A stretch of DNA of 64,000 bases from an uncultured Gemmatimonadales bacterium (GCA_963730185.1 CAVSQW010000014.1:96001-160000); one strand, 5' to 3'. Shown: positions 1 to 8,875, numbered from the stretch's first letter. Notes: generated from the sequence alone by a model not told the origin. A program made the numbers and translations.

Positions 1-974
1 ACACCCCCGCCCGGGGGGTCGAGCTGCTGAGCCTCTATCTCTTCCGCCTCAACACCTACCTGTACGAGGCGCCGGTCCCGTCGCTGCTGCCGGCGTTCGG
101 GGCCCTCCTGCTGGTGCCGACGGTCCGCTCCGGCGATCGGTTCCTGCTGGGTGCCGCCGGTCTGGTCCTGCTCCTCTACTTCGCCTACTGGTTCGACGGC
201 TTCTTTCTGGGGCCGCGCTTCGTGCACTCCCTGATCCCGGTGGCGGCGCTCTGGACGGCCCGGTTTCCGGGCCTGCTGAAGGAGCGCTTCGGTGGTGGGG
301 TGGCGCTCCGGACGGTGTGTTACGGGGGAGGGGTGGCGGCGGCGCTCGCGCTCGCGATCTCGATCCCGATTCGGGAGCGCCAGTACGCCAATGGCCTGTA
401 CCAGATGCGGTGGGATGTGGACCGGGCGCTCGCCGAGGTCGGGGCGAAGAACCCGCTGATCTTCGTGCACGAGAGCTGGGGGGCGCAGGTCCTGGCCCGG
501 CTCTGGGCTCTGGGGGTGACCCGTCCGGAGAGCGAGCGGCTGTACCGGAACGTCGACCTCTGCATCCTCGATCAGCGGGTCAGCGCTTTGGAGTCGGCGG
601 GCGTCACCCGGGATCCGTTCCCCGCGCTCGTCCCGGCCATGGCCGACTCCGCTCGCCTGGTGTCGATGGCGCAGGTCCCCGACACGACGGCGCGGGTGCT
701 GCCCGGCACCCGGTACGGTCCCGAGTGCGTGGACCGGATCCGGGCCGATCTCCGGGGGATCGCCCTCCTGCCGCCGGTGCTGCTCACCCGGCGAAAGGAC
801 GTGATGGTGGTGCGAGACCTCGGCGCCCGCGATACGGTGATCCTGGACCGCTATCCCGACCGGCCGGTGTACCTGGTCCGGCGGCTTTCGGGGAGCGACC
901 TGCCCCGGCTCGAGCCGATCAGCCGCGACTCGCTGCTGGCGTTGGGGGCCCCGGGGCCGGCGCCCGGGCGTTAG
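1..974 (+). CDS. GT-C fold (ArnT/PMT-like) membrane glycosyltransferase, 5' partial
   Basis: Frame is open from the window edge (TPARGVELLSLYLFRLNTYL...). Several hydrophobic helices and a YFAYWFDGFFLGPRF loop precede a soluble C-terminal domain. The 3' end overlaps the convergent gene. Confidence 0.55.
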   Translation, partial: TPARGVELLSLYLFRLNTYLYEAPVPSLLPAFGALLLVPTVRSGDRFLLGAAGLVLLLYFAYWFDGFFLGPRFVHSLIPVAALWTARFPGLLKERFGGGVALRTVCYGGGVAAALALAISIPIRERQYANGLYQMRWDVDRALAEVGAKNPLIFVHESWGAQVLARLWALGVTRPESERLYRNVDLCILDQRVSALESAGVTRDPFPALVPAMADSARLVSMAQVPDTTARVLPGTRYGPECVDRIRADLRGIALLPPVLLTRRKDVMVVRDLGARDTVILDRYPDRPVYLVRRLSGSDLPRLEPISRDSLLALGAPGPAPGR

Positions 975-2595
975 GCACGGCCCGGGCCGAGTCCCGGAGC
1001 GCCGCCGCCCGGCGGACGCTGCCCTCGAACTCCTCCGCGCCCGCCGCCACCCCCGCCTCGGCGACCCGCAGGGCCTCGTCGTAGCGGCCCAGGGTCAGGA
1101 GGCACTCGAAGAGGCGGCTCCGGGCCAACGTCTCCCGCGGCTCCGCCGCCACTCCCCGCGCGAAGACCCCGACGGCCAGGTCGCACCGGTTCTGCCTCCG
1201 GAGCGCGAACCCCCAGTCCTCGAACACCCGTCGATCGCCCGGATAGAGGTCCCCGGCCTGCCGGTACGCGGCGATCGCGCCCGGGTCGTCCTTCCGGCGG
1301 AGCCGGTCGCGGCCCAGGACGAACCAGGCCCGGTAGCTCCGGGGCTCGTCGACCACCGTCTGGGGCATCAGGCTGCCGTTGTCGCGCCAGACCCCTTGGC
1401 GCGACCAGCTCCGGGCGGCGCCGGCCGCCACCGCCAGGCCCACGGCGAGGAGGGTCGCCACGCCGACCTCGCGCCGGCGGGTTCGCGCCAGGGCCGTGCC
1501 CACCAGCGCCGCCGCCACCAAGGCGATTCCCACGCTGGGGAGGAGCAGGGTCCGCTCGGCGACGAGAATCCCGGTCGGGAAAAGCACGTTGCTCACCGGG
1601 AGGATCCCGATGCCGATCCAGGCCAGCCCGAGAGTCAGCCCGGGGATCGTCCGCCGGGCGGTCCAGCCCAGGCCGGCCAGGCTCGCCAGCAGGATCGCCC
1701 CGACCAAGGCGGCTCCGTTGGGACCGTCCGACCCCCCGTAGGCCGGTGGGCTGTACTGCGCCAGGAGATGACGAGGCCAGACCAGGAGTCGGACCCAGTC
1801 GCGCACCAGCGGGAGCATGACCAGGGTCCGGCCGGCGAGGTCGTGGCCGGCGAGGCCGGCCGCCGGCGGGCCACCGCCCAAGTCGCCGAGCACGAGGTAG
1901 CGCCCGGCCGCGAACGCCACGGCCGCGAGGGTCAGCAGCCCGAGCGTCGGCCCCAGGGCCCGGAGCCTCGCACCCAGCCGCTGTTCGGGGCGGACGACGC
2001 CGACCAGCTCGAGCGCGACCAAGAGCGCCGGCAGCACGATCCCCTGCTCCTTGGACGCCGAGCCGAGGAGGAAGAGCAGCACCAGGAGCCAGCGGGGACC
2101 GGGGCCAATCGGGCCGGCTCGGCGGGCCCGGACATAGACCAGCGTGGCGAGGACGACGAAGAGCGTCATCCAGATCTCGGCCTGGCCGACCACGTTGGCG
2201 GTGGCCTCCACGTGGACCGGGTGGACCGCGAAGAGGGCTGCCCCGGCGAGGGCGGCCGGCTCGGGCACGAGCGCCCGGGCGAGGCAATAGACGGCGAAGG
2301 CGAGGGCCGCGGTGAGCGCCAAGCTCACCAGGTGGAAGATCCACGGAGCGCCCTGGGCGGCGGCCCATTGGAGCGCCAGCCACCAGACCGTCCAGGGGCG
2401 GTAGGCGTCGCCCAGATTCTTCGGGGGCCAGTAGCTCTGCTGGGCGTAGACCCAGGGTGGGGCGAGCTGGTGGACCTGGGCGTTCTCGACGACGATCGGG
2501 ATGTCGTCGAACGCGAAGCCGTTGCCGACCGCGCGCCCCGTGGAGATCGCCACCAGAGCGACCAGCAGCAGGAGGGCGCGGCGGGTGGCGGTCAT
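919..2595 (-). CDS. TMTC-like GT-C glycosyltransferase with C-terminal TPR repeats (copy 1)
   Basis: Start MTATRRALLL. TMTC-type motifs FAFDDIPIVVEN, YRP, HPVHVEATANVVG, SKE, LVAERTLLLPS and VWRD, then TPR-like helices. Confidence 0.8.
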   Translation of the reverse strand: MTATRRALLLLVALVAISTGRAVGNGFAFDDIPIVVENAQVHQLAPPWVYAQQSYWPPKNLGDAYRPWTVWWLALQWAAAQGAPWIFHLVSLALTAALAFAVYCLARALVPEPAALAGAALFAVHPVHVEATANVVGQAEIWMTLFVVLATLVYVRARRAGPIGPGPRWLLVLLFLLGSASKEQGIVLPALLVALELVGVVRPEQRLGARLRALGPTLGLLTLAAVAFAAGRYLVLGDLGGGPPAAGLAGHDLAGRTLVMLPLVRDWVRLLVWPRHLLAQYSPPAYGGSDGPNGAALVGAILLASLAGLGWTARRTIPGLTLGLAWIGIGILPVSNVLFPTGILVAERTLLLPSVGIALVAAALVGTALARTRRREVGVATLLAVGLAVAAGAARSWSRQGVWRDNGSLMPQTVVDEPRSYRAWFVLGRDRLRRKDDPGAIAAYRQAGDLYPGDRRVFEDWGFALRRQNRCDLAVGVFARGVAAEPRETLARSRLFECLLTLGRYDEALRVAEAGVAAGAEEFEGSVRRAAALRDSARAVPNARAPAPGPPTPAASRG

Positions 2596-4283
2596 GGGAT
2601 GGTGTCGGTCGGCGCGATCCGGATCTGGACGGTGCCCGGCTCCGCCTGGGCGATCCGGGCGCTGTCGGAGATCACGAAGAGCCGTTGGAACAGCATCAGC
2701 CTGGCCGGACGGCTGGCGTAGCTCATTCCCTCTCGGGCTTCGTCGCGGGCCTGGGCGTACCGGCCGAGATGGAGCAGACAGGCGATCAGGCTGGTCCGGG
2801 CGGGTTCGTGACCCACGTCGAGGAGCAGAGCCTGCTGGTAGTACCCGACCGCCGCGTCGCACTTGTCGTTCAGTCGGAGCTTGTCCGCCAGATCGAGCGC
2901 GGCGCCCCACTGGTTGGGATAGAGGTACATCGCCGCCTTGTATTCACGCTCGGCCCAGCCTTTCGCCCCGACCTTGAAGAGGAGCTGGGCCAGGGCGAGA
3001 TGGGACCGGTAGGAAAGCGGCGCGTCGACCACGGTCTGGCGCCAGTACGTGATCTGGTCCTTCCAGACCAGCTGCCGGCTGGCACTCCGGGTGGTGCCCA
3101 TTGCCAGGACTGCGGCCACCGCACCCCCGGCGGCCAGCCGGGCGGGCCGTTGCCGGGTCCGGAGCCAGCCGATGACCGGCTCGGCCAGCCCGCCGATCGC
3201 CAGCATCATCCCCATGCTGCCCAGGAACAGGGTCCGCTCGGCCAGAACGATCCCGGTCGGGATCAGCACGTTGCTGACCGGGAAGATCCCGATTGCGGTC
3301 CAGAGGAGGCCGAAGGTCACCACCGGACGGCGCTTCCAGCAGGCCACGGTCACCAGGAGGGTCAGGGCGAGCAGGAGGGCGCCCTGGGTCTGGGGAATGC
3401 CCCAGGCCACGGCGGTCTCGATTTCCCGGGGTGAGTAGTCACCCTGGAGGTGGGCCGGCCAGAGGAGAAGCCGGAACCATTGTGGTACCACCCCCAGCAT
3501 GGTCAGCGCCCGGCCCCCCATACTCTGGCCCATGAGCGCCTCGGCCGTGAAGGTGCCGACCGCGTCGCCCTTGAGCGAGAGGGTCCGGATGGCGACGAAG
3601 GTGGTCGCCCCGAGCAGCATCACCAGCAGCAGAGGCCGGATCCGAGCCAGCCGCGTTCCGAGCGGCTCGTCGTCGTGGACGATGGTGATCTCGGCGGCCA
3701 CGATCAGGCCGATGAGCATCAGACCGCTCTCCTTGAAGAGCGTCGCCGCCAGGGAGAGGCCGAACAGCGCGGCGCCGTCCCGGAAGCGGAGGCGGTCCGT
3801 GGTTCGTCGGAGCCGGAGATAGAGGATGACGGTGAGGGCGCCCAGGAGACCCACCATGATCTCCGACTGGTTCACCGCGACGGCCACCGCCTCGACGTGG
3901 ACGGGATGGACCAGGAAAAACGCCGCCGCCAGCCAGGCGGCCAGCGGCGGTAGGAGCAGCAGCGCCAGGCGGTAGAATGCCAGCCCCACTGCGGCATACA
4001 TGAGAATGCTGGCCACCCGGAAGACCCAGGGGTGGCCGCCGCCGACGGACCACTCCAGCGCGTAGGACAGACTGGAGAAGGGACGGTAAAGCGCGGGGGC
4101 GAAGGGCTTGGGCCAGTACGACTGGGTAAAGAAGGTCCAGGGCGCGGCCAGGGAGTGGACCACCGGGTTCCGCTCGATGACCGGCATGTCGTCCTGCGCG
4201 AACCGGTTGCCGAGGTTCGTCACGGTGGACGCCAGGCAGAGCGCCACCAGTGAACCCGATGCCATCCAAGGTCGTGCCTTCAT
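2592..4283 (-). CDS. TMTC-like GT-C glycosyltransferase with C-terminal TPR repeats (copy 2)
   Basis: Start MKARPW (alternative start MASG). Motifs FAQDDMPVIERN, LYRPF, HPVHVEAVA, FKE, VLAERTLFL and VWKD, then a TPR tail. Stop overlaps the start of copy 1 (ATGA). Confidence 0.8.
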   Translation of the reverse strand: MKARPWMASGSLVALCLASTVTNLGNRFAQDDMPVIERNPVVHSLAAPWTFFTQSYWPKPFAPALYRPFSSLSYALEWSVGGGHPWVFRVASILMYAAVGLAFYRLALLLLPPLAAWLAAAFFLVHPVHVEAVAVAVNQSEIMVGLLGALTVILYLRLRRTTDRLRFRDGAALFGLSLAATLFKESGLMLIGLIVAAEITIVHDDEPLGTRLARIRPLLLVMLLGATTFVAIRTLSLKGDAVGTFTAEALMGQSMGGRALTMLGVVPQWFRLLLWPAHLQGDYSPREIETAVAWGIPQTQGALLLALTLLVTVACWKRRPVVTFGLLWTAIGIFPVSNVLIPTGIVLAERTLFLGSMGMMLAIGGLAEPVIGWLRTRQRPARLAAGGAVAAVLAMGTTRSASRQLVWKDQITYWRQTVVDAPLSYRSHLALAQLLFKVGAKGWAEREYKAAMYLYPNQWGAALDLADKLRLNDKCDAAVGYYQQALLLDVGHEPARTSLIACLLHLGRYAQARDEAREGMSYASRPARLMLFQRLFVISDSARIAQAEPGTVQIRIAPTDTIP

Positions 4284-4324
4284 CGCGGAGCCGTCATCCC
4301 GAGTCAGAGCGCGGCGCACTCCCC

Positions 4325-4340
4325 TGCACTGCATGTGCCA
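4325..4340 (-). promoter_or_regulatory. Putative sigma-54 -24/-12 promoter for the TMTC-like operon
   Basis: Minus strand reads TGGCACATGCAGTGCA (GG-N10-GC, one mismatch to TTGC), about 40 nt upstream of the ATG at 4283. Confidence 0.5.
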
Positions 4341-4510
4341 CGTAGTGCAGCACTTACACGCTGGGGGGCCGGGGAGACGCCCGGGGGGCGGGTTCCGGGG
4401 CCCCCGGGTTGCAAAGTCCAAGGAGCCGGAAGGCCCCAGAGCCGCCTCGGGCGCTTTCGTGCCGTTTGTAACGCATTAAAGGGTAACGCCTTACGTGAAG
4501 AGGGTACAGG

Positions 4511-4526
4511 TGGCACCAACGTTGCT
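4511..4526 (+). promoter_or_regulatory. Sigma-54 -24/-12 promoter for the pilin genes
   Basis: TGGCACCAACGTTGCT matches TGGCAC-N5-TTGCW exactly, about 80 nt upstream of the pilin ATG. Confidence 0.8.
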
Positions 4527-4607
4527 CACCTACCTTGCCGGACGAGCGATCCCGCTGGTTCAACGAAACAGTTGAGCGATTTGGTTCAACACTACTCGGA
4601 GGCAGGC

Positions 4608-4991
4608 ATGGGCAACCGCAAGGGCTTCACTCTTATCGAGCTGCTGATCGTGGTCGTGATCATCGGCATCTTGGCCGCCATCGCGATCCCGAAGTTCGCG
4701 GCGACCAAAGACAAGGCCAAGTTGGCCTCGGTCAAGACCGATCTTCGGAACATGATGACCGCTCAGGAGGCGTACTTCTCTGACTACGCCACCTACGGCA
4801 CCTTCGGCCAGCTCCAGTCGGCGAGCAACTACTCGCTGTCGTCGGGCAACACCGCGGCGGTCGCGGCGGTCGCCAGCGGCTGGACCGGTACGATCACCAA
4901 CAGCACCATCACGTCGAGCATCAACCAGTGCCAGTCGCAGGTTGGCGCGGGCGCGGCTTCGACGCTCGACGGTGTAATCGTCTGCTCGTGA
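4608..4991 (+). CDS. pilA: Type IVa pilin, probable major pilin (copy 1)
   Basis: Class III signal MGNRKG|FTLIELLIVVVIIGILAAIAIPKF with Glu5, a C-terminal Cys pair, and RBS GGAGG. Confidence 0.88.
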   Translation: MGNRKGFTLIELLIVVVIIGILAAIAIPKFAATKDKAKLASVKTDLRNMMTAQEAYFSDYATYGTFGQLQSASNYSLSSGNTAAVAAVASGWTGTITNSTITSSINQCQSQVGAGAASTLDGVIVCS

Positions 4992-5004
4992 GGCACCGCT
5001 GACT

Positions 5005-5047
5005 CGAGGGGGTGGGTGGCTTGGGTGACGAGTCACCACCCCCTTCG
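5005..5047 (+). other. Intergenic stem-loop between the two pilin genes
   Basis: cgagggggtgggtggcttg pairs with cgagtcaccacccccttcg (G-U pairs and a bulge). No U-tract follows. Confidence 0.45.
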
Positions 5048-5109
5048 TGTCTCGGCTCCACCGGCCGTCCAGGTGTGACGGCCCTGATCTGAAAAGGGGA
5101 CCTCGACGA

Positions 5110-5499
5110 ATGCGGCGCACGACACGAGCCGGTTTCACCCTGATCGAACTTCTGATCGTCGTGGTGATCATCGGCATTCTGGCCGCGATCGCGATCCCGA
5201 AGTTCGCGGCCACCAAAGACAAGGCCAAGCTGGCCTCGGTGCGGTCCGATCTGCGCAACATCATGACCGCTCAGGAAGCCTACTGGGCCGACTACACCAC
5301 CTTCGCGACGCTGGCCCAGCTCCAGGCGGCCACCAACTTCACGCTGTCGAGCGGAAACGTCGGCGCGATCGCCGCGACGGTGTCGGGCTACACCGCCACC
5401 ATCACCAACAACACCATCACCTCGGCCCTCGATCAGTGCCAGGTGGAAGTGGGCGGCGGCGCGGCGAGCACCATCGACGGCCAGATGGTTTGCTCCTGA
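5110..5499 (+). CDS. Type IVa pilin (paralog, copy 2)
   Basis: MRRTTRAG|FTLIELLIVVVIIGILAAIAIPKFAATKDKAKLASV. Mature N-terminus is identical to copy 1 and the C-terminal Cys pair is the same. Confidence 0.88.
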   Translation: MRRTTRAGFTLIELLIVVVIIGILAAIAIPKFAATKDKAKLASVRSDLRNIMTAQEAYWADYTTFATLAQLQAATNFTLSSGNVGAIAATVSGYTATITNNTITSALDQCQVEVGGGAASTIDGQMVCS

Positions 5500-6824
5500 T
5501 GCGGATCCTCGTCCTCGACGCCGATGACGCCCTCCGTCATTCGGTCGCGCCCTATCTGGAGGAAGCCGGCTACGAGGTGATGGCCCGGCGAGATCCGGAG
5601 GCGGCGCTGCTCGAGGCCCAGGCGTGCGGGATCCGGACGGTCCTCTGCGACTTGGCCCTGGCCAACGACGGCGGCCTCGCGTTCCTCCGGCGCTATCGGG
5701 CCGGCGGCGGCAGCGGGATCGTGCTCGTCACGGGTGGCCCAGGCGAAGTGGCCAGCGCGGCGGCGGCCCTCCGCGAGGGAGCCGACGGCTACCTCCGGAA
5801 GCCCGCTCTGCCGGAAGAGATCCTCCTCGCCCTCCGCCAGGCGGACGAGCGGGAGCGAATCCGACACGAGGTGGCGACCCTGCGGGCCACGATCGGCGCC
5901 AAGGGCCTCGAGCCGATGGTGGTCGCCGAAGATTCCCGGATGCGCTCGCTCCTCGAGGTCGCGGCCCGGGCGGCCGCCTCCGACGGGGCGGTGCTGATCA
6001 CCGGCGAGCGGGGCACCGGCAAGGCGCTCCTCGCCCGGGCGATGCACCGCTTCAGCCGGCGTGGCGACGGCGCCTTCGTGGCGATCGACTGCGTCGCCAC
6101 GCCCGACTTCTTCGGCACCGGCGGCGACGGCACGGCCGTGCCGGTGGGCGACCCCCAGAGCATCTGGCGCTCCGCCAACCGGGGCACCCTCCTCCTCGAG
6201 GAGGTGCAGGCCCTCTCGATCGAGAGCCAGAGCTACCTGGTGGGCCGGCTCGGATCCAACGGGAACGGGAAGCCCGTCGTCCAGGTCGTCGACAACGACG
6301 TCCGCCTGATGTCGACCGCCGAGCTCTCGATCGACCGGCTGGTCGACGAAGGGAAGCTCCGGGCCGAGCTGGCCGCGCGTCTGGCCGTCACGGTGCTCGA
6401 CCTCCCGCCGCTCCGTGAGCGGCGCGACGACATTCCCGCGCTGGTGACGCACTTCGTCCAGCAGGTGGCCGCCAAGACCGGCCGCCCGATCAGCATCACC
6501 CCGCAGGCGATGGCGGCCTTGCAGGGCTACTCCTGGCCCAGCAACGTGCGGGAGCTCCGGCAGGTGGTGGAGCGCGCCGCGGTGCTGAGCCCGTCGGGCA
6601 AGCTGGATCGGTCGGATTTTCCGGTGCTGGTCACCGCGGGGAAGGCGGCCACCAACGGCGCCAATGCCGAATTCGCCTTGAAGCCGCAGGTCGAGGCGTT
6701 CGAGCGGGAGATCATTCTCCGCGCCCTCGCCGCCAGCGGCGGCACCCGTCGCGAGGCCGCTCGGCTCCTCCGGATCAGTCTCCGCACCCTCTTCTACAAG
6801 CTCCGCCGCTACGGCCTGGCCTGA
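5499..6824 (+). CDS. NtrC/PilR-family REC-AAA+-Fis HTH regulator with a degenerate AAA+ domain
   Basis: REC (MRILVLDADD...VLCDL...YLRKP), Walker A GERGTGKA, LPPLRERRDDI, WPSNVREL and a Fis HTH (AARLLRISLRTLFYKL). No GAFTGA loop; Walker B reads LLLEEV. Confidence 0.85.
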   Translation: MRILVLDADDALRHSVAPYLEEAGYEVMARRDPEAALLEAQACGIRTVLCDLALANDGGLAFLRRYRAGGGSGIVLVTGGPGEVASAAAALREGADGYLRKPALPEEILLALRQADERERIRHEVATLRATIGAKGLEPMVVAEDSRMRSLLEVAARAAASDGAVLITGERGTGKALLARAMHRFSRRGDGAFVAIDCVATPDFFGTGGDGTAVPVGDPQSIWRSANRGTLLLEEVQALSIESQSYLVGRLGSNGNGKPVVQVVDNDVRLMSTAELSIDRLVDEGKLRAELAARLAVTVLDLPPLRERRDDIPALVTHFVQQVAAKTGRPISITPQAMAALQGYSWPSNVRELRQVVERAAVLSPSGKLDRSDFPVLVTAGKAATNGANAEFALKPQVEAFEREIILRALAASGGTRREAARLLRISLRTLFYKLRRYGLA

Positions 6825-6903
6825 GGCCAGGCCGCGTTTTCGCGGCTTCCCCGGGCGGTGAAATGGTTGGGCCTCCGGCCCACCATCGCTCCATCTTGGC
6901 TCC

Positions 6904-7269
6904 ATGGTCGGGGAACGTCGCGGCTTCGCGCTCTACGAGGTGGTCCTGGGGCTGGTGCTCCTGGGGGCGCTCGGCTCGGCCGCCGTGCGGAGCGCCCTGG
7001 CGCTCGGGGCCAGCGTCACCGAGGGGCGTCAGTGGAGCCGGATGGCGGAGGCCGCCGCGGCGCAACTGGCCGAGCTCGAGCGGGCCTTCCGGGTTGGGGC
7101 GCCCGCTTGCGTGGCGCCGCCGGCCGGGAGCGCCGGCCGGATGGGGGTCCGCCTCGATTGGCGGGTCGCCGATTCGCTCCCACTCGTCCGGGTTACGGTC
7201 GTCGCCCGGTCGCGGGTGGGCGGCCGCTTCCTGGTCGACTCGCTTCGGACCAGCTTCGCATGTCGCTGA
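6904..7269 (+). CDS. Minor pilin (PilV-like)
   Basis: Prepilin-like N-terminus ERRG|FALYEVVLGLVLLG. Confidence 0.65.
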   Translation: MVGERRGFALYEVVLGLVLLGALGSAAVRSALALGASVTEGRQWSRMAEAAAAQLAELERAFRVGAPACVAPPAGSAGRMGVRLDWRVADSLPLVRVTVVARSRVGGRFLVDSLRTSFACR

Positions 7270-8108
7270 GACCACGGGCCGGCTTCTCGCTGGTGGAGGT
7301 GCTGGTCGCCCTGGTGGTCGGTGGGGTGCTGCTGAGCCTCACCTTCGAGCTGGTGGAGCGGGTTCTCTGGATCCAACGGAGCCGAGGCGAACGAGCCGGG
7401 CTCACGGCGGGCCTCCGGGCCGCCGCGACCCTGGTCGCGCGAGAGCTGGAAGGGCTCGGACGGGACTCGGTCGGCGGTGCCGACCTCTTGGTGGTCGGGC
7501 CGGGACAGGCGCGGTTCCGGGCCCAGCGGGGCCTCTGGCGCGTGTGCCTGGTTCGGCCGGACAGCCTGGTCGTGGACGCCGACAGCGCGCTCCGCTGGAG
7601 CGCTCGGCTGCCGTCCGCCGGGCGTGACAGCCTCTTGCTCTACCTGCCTGGCGACTCCAGCGCCGCCTGGAACGCCTGGCTCCCCTTGCCGGTCCTGGCG
7701 AGCCCGGCTCCCGCCCTCTGTCCCGGCGGCGGGCCCGGGCTCCTCCTCCTGACCGCGCTCGATTCGGCGGCGTTGGCGGGGTACCGGGTGCCGCCGGCCA
7801 CCGTGGCGCGCCAGTTCGAGACGGTGGAGCTCCGGACCTACCGGTCGTCGGGTCAGTGGGTGCTCGGGCTCGAGCTCCGATCCGCCGGGGCCGCGATCCA
7901 GCCGTTCATGGGGCCACTGCGGGCCGGGGGGTTCGACGTGGTCCCGCTTGACTCCGCCGGCGTGGGCACGGTGCCGGGAGCCGCAGTGGGGGCCGGGTTT
8001 CGCCTGGTAGGCGCCTCGGATCGCGGGCTCGCCGTCGGAAGGGGGGCTCGGTCCCTGGCGGCCGCGGACAGCCTGATCGCTCAGATCCCGCTCCGGAACG
8101 CGCCGTGA
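7260..8108 (+). CDS. Minor pilin (PilW-like)
   Basis: Class III signal MSLRPRAG|FSLVEVLVALVVGG. Larger globular domain with two Cys. Confidence 0.7.
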   Translation: MSLRPRAGFSLVEVLVALVVGGVLLSLTFELVERVLWIQRSRGERAGLTAGLRAAATLVARELEGLGRDSVGGADLLVVGPGQARFRAQRGLWRVCLVRPDSLVVDADSALRWSARLPSAGRDSLLLYLPGDSSAAWNAWLPLPVLASPAPALCPGGGPGLLLLTALDSAALAGYRVPPATVARQFETVELRTYRSSGQWVLGLELRSAGAAIQPFMGPLRAGGFDVVPLDSAGVGTVPGAAVGAGFRLVGASDRGLAVGRGARSLAAADSLIAQIPLRNAP

Positions 8109-8536
8109 TCCTCCCGGTGCTCACCGCCCTGGTGCTGGTGCTGGGGATGGTCGCGGCCGCCGTGGACATGGCCGGAGCCGCCCTTCGGCAGGGCCGGGCG
8201 CGCTTTCGGCAGGCAATCGCGGGGGCCGCGGCCGAACGGGGCCTGGCCGAGTCGGAGGTGGGTGGGTGGGGGTCGGCCGGGTTGGCCCTGCCCGTGGGCG
8301 GTCGCCTCGGCCTCCCGCCGGTCACGGACCGGCCGGGAGTCGTGATCATCTGCGACGCCAGGCGGCTCACGGGCGACCTCTGGCTGGTCCGCTCCCGGTC
8401 GGAAGTGCTGGGGGCGGCTGGTCAGATCCTAGCCGCCGAAGAGCGCGGTTTGGTGGTGACACTGGTGCAGGATCCTGCCGATTCTAGCTTTCGGGTCATA
8501 CCCATTCGTCGGCCCTGGAACCGGCGAGCCACGTAG
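8105..8536 (+). CDS. PilX-like minor pilin / pilus assembly protein
   Basis: Hydrophobic N-terminal helix without Glu5, an AAAERGL motif, and position after the PilV/PilW-like genes. Confidence 0.5.
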   Translation: MILPVLTALVLVLGMVAAAVDMAGAALRQGRARFRQAIAGAAAERGLAESEVGGWGSAGLALPVGGRLGLPPVTDRPGVVIICDARRLTGDLWLVRSRSEVLGAAGQILAAEERGLVVTLVQDPADSSFRVIPIRRPWNRRAT

Positions 8537-8665
8537 CGGAACGCCACCGGCTCGGAACTTTGCGAGCCCTGGGGCGGTCGTCCGGTCTGGCCAGGGGTGC
8601 AAGAAACGGCCGAAAGTTGTGTAAGTCGTTGCGGAGGCGATTCTTATCAAAATGGCTGCTAGCCT

Positions 8666-8680
8666 TGGCATAGCCGTTGC
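8666..8680 (+). promoter_or_regulatory. Putative sigma-54 promoter upstream of pilM
   Basis: TGGCATAGCCGTTGC (GG-N10-GC with TTGC) in an AT-richer intergenic region. Confidence 0.6.
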
Positions 8681-8760
8681 CCGCGGTGCATGGACTTGAG
8701 AGAGTGGCGCTGCTGAAAGGTGCGGACGGCGGAACCGGCAGCGATCGAGCCTCAAAGTTG

Positions 8761-8773
8761 TAAACTGTTGATT
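8761..8773. promoter_or_regulatory. IHF-like binding site
   Basis: TAAACTGTTGATT is the reverse complement of the IHF consensus WATCAANNNNTTR. Confidence 0.5.
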
Positions 8774-8814
8774 GGCAAAGTGTTAACTGCGGTGACTCCG
8801 GTGGAGTCACTTGC

Positions 8815-8843
8815 TTGACAAAAGGTTGCGCAGCACCTAGCGT
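8815..8843 (+). promoter_or_regulatory. Putative sigma-70 promoter of pilMNOPQ
   Basis: TTGACA, a 17-nt spacer, then TAGCGT, 32 nt before the pilM ATG. Confidence 0.55.
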
Positions 8844-8875
8844 GACCGTCAACCATCTTGGCACCTGGGCGGCGC

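Noticed and set aside
8859..8873. Another GG-N10-GC sigma-54 box (TGGCACCTGGGCGGC)
   Set aside because: The -12 element is poor and the implied TSS would fall inside pilM.
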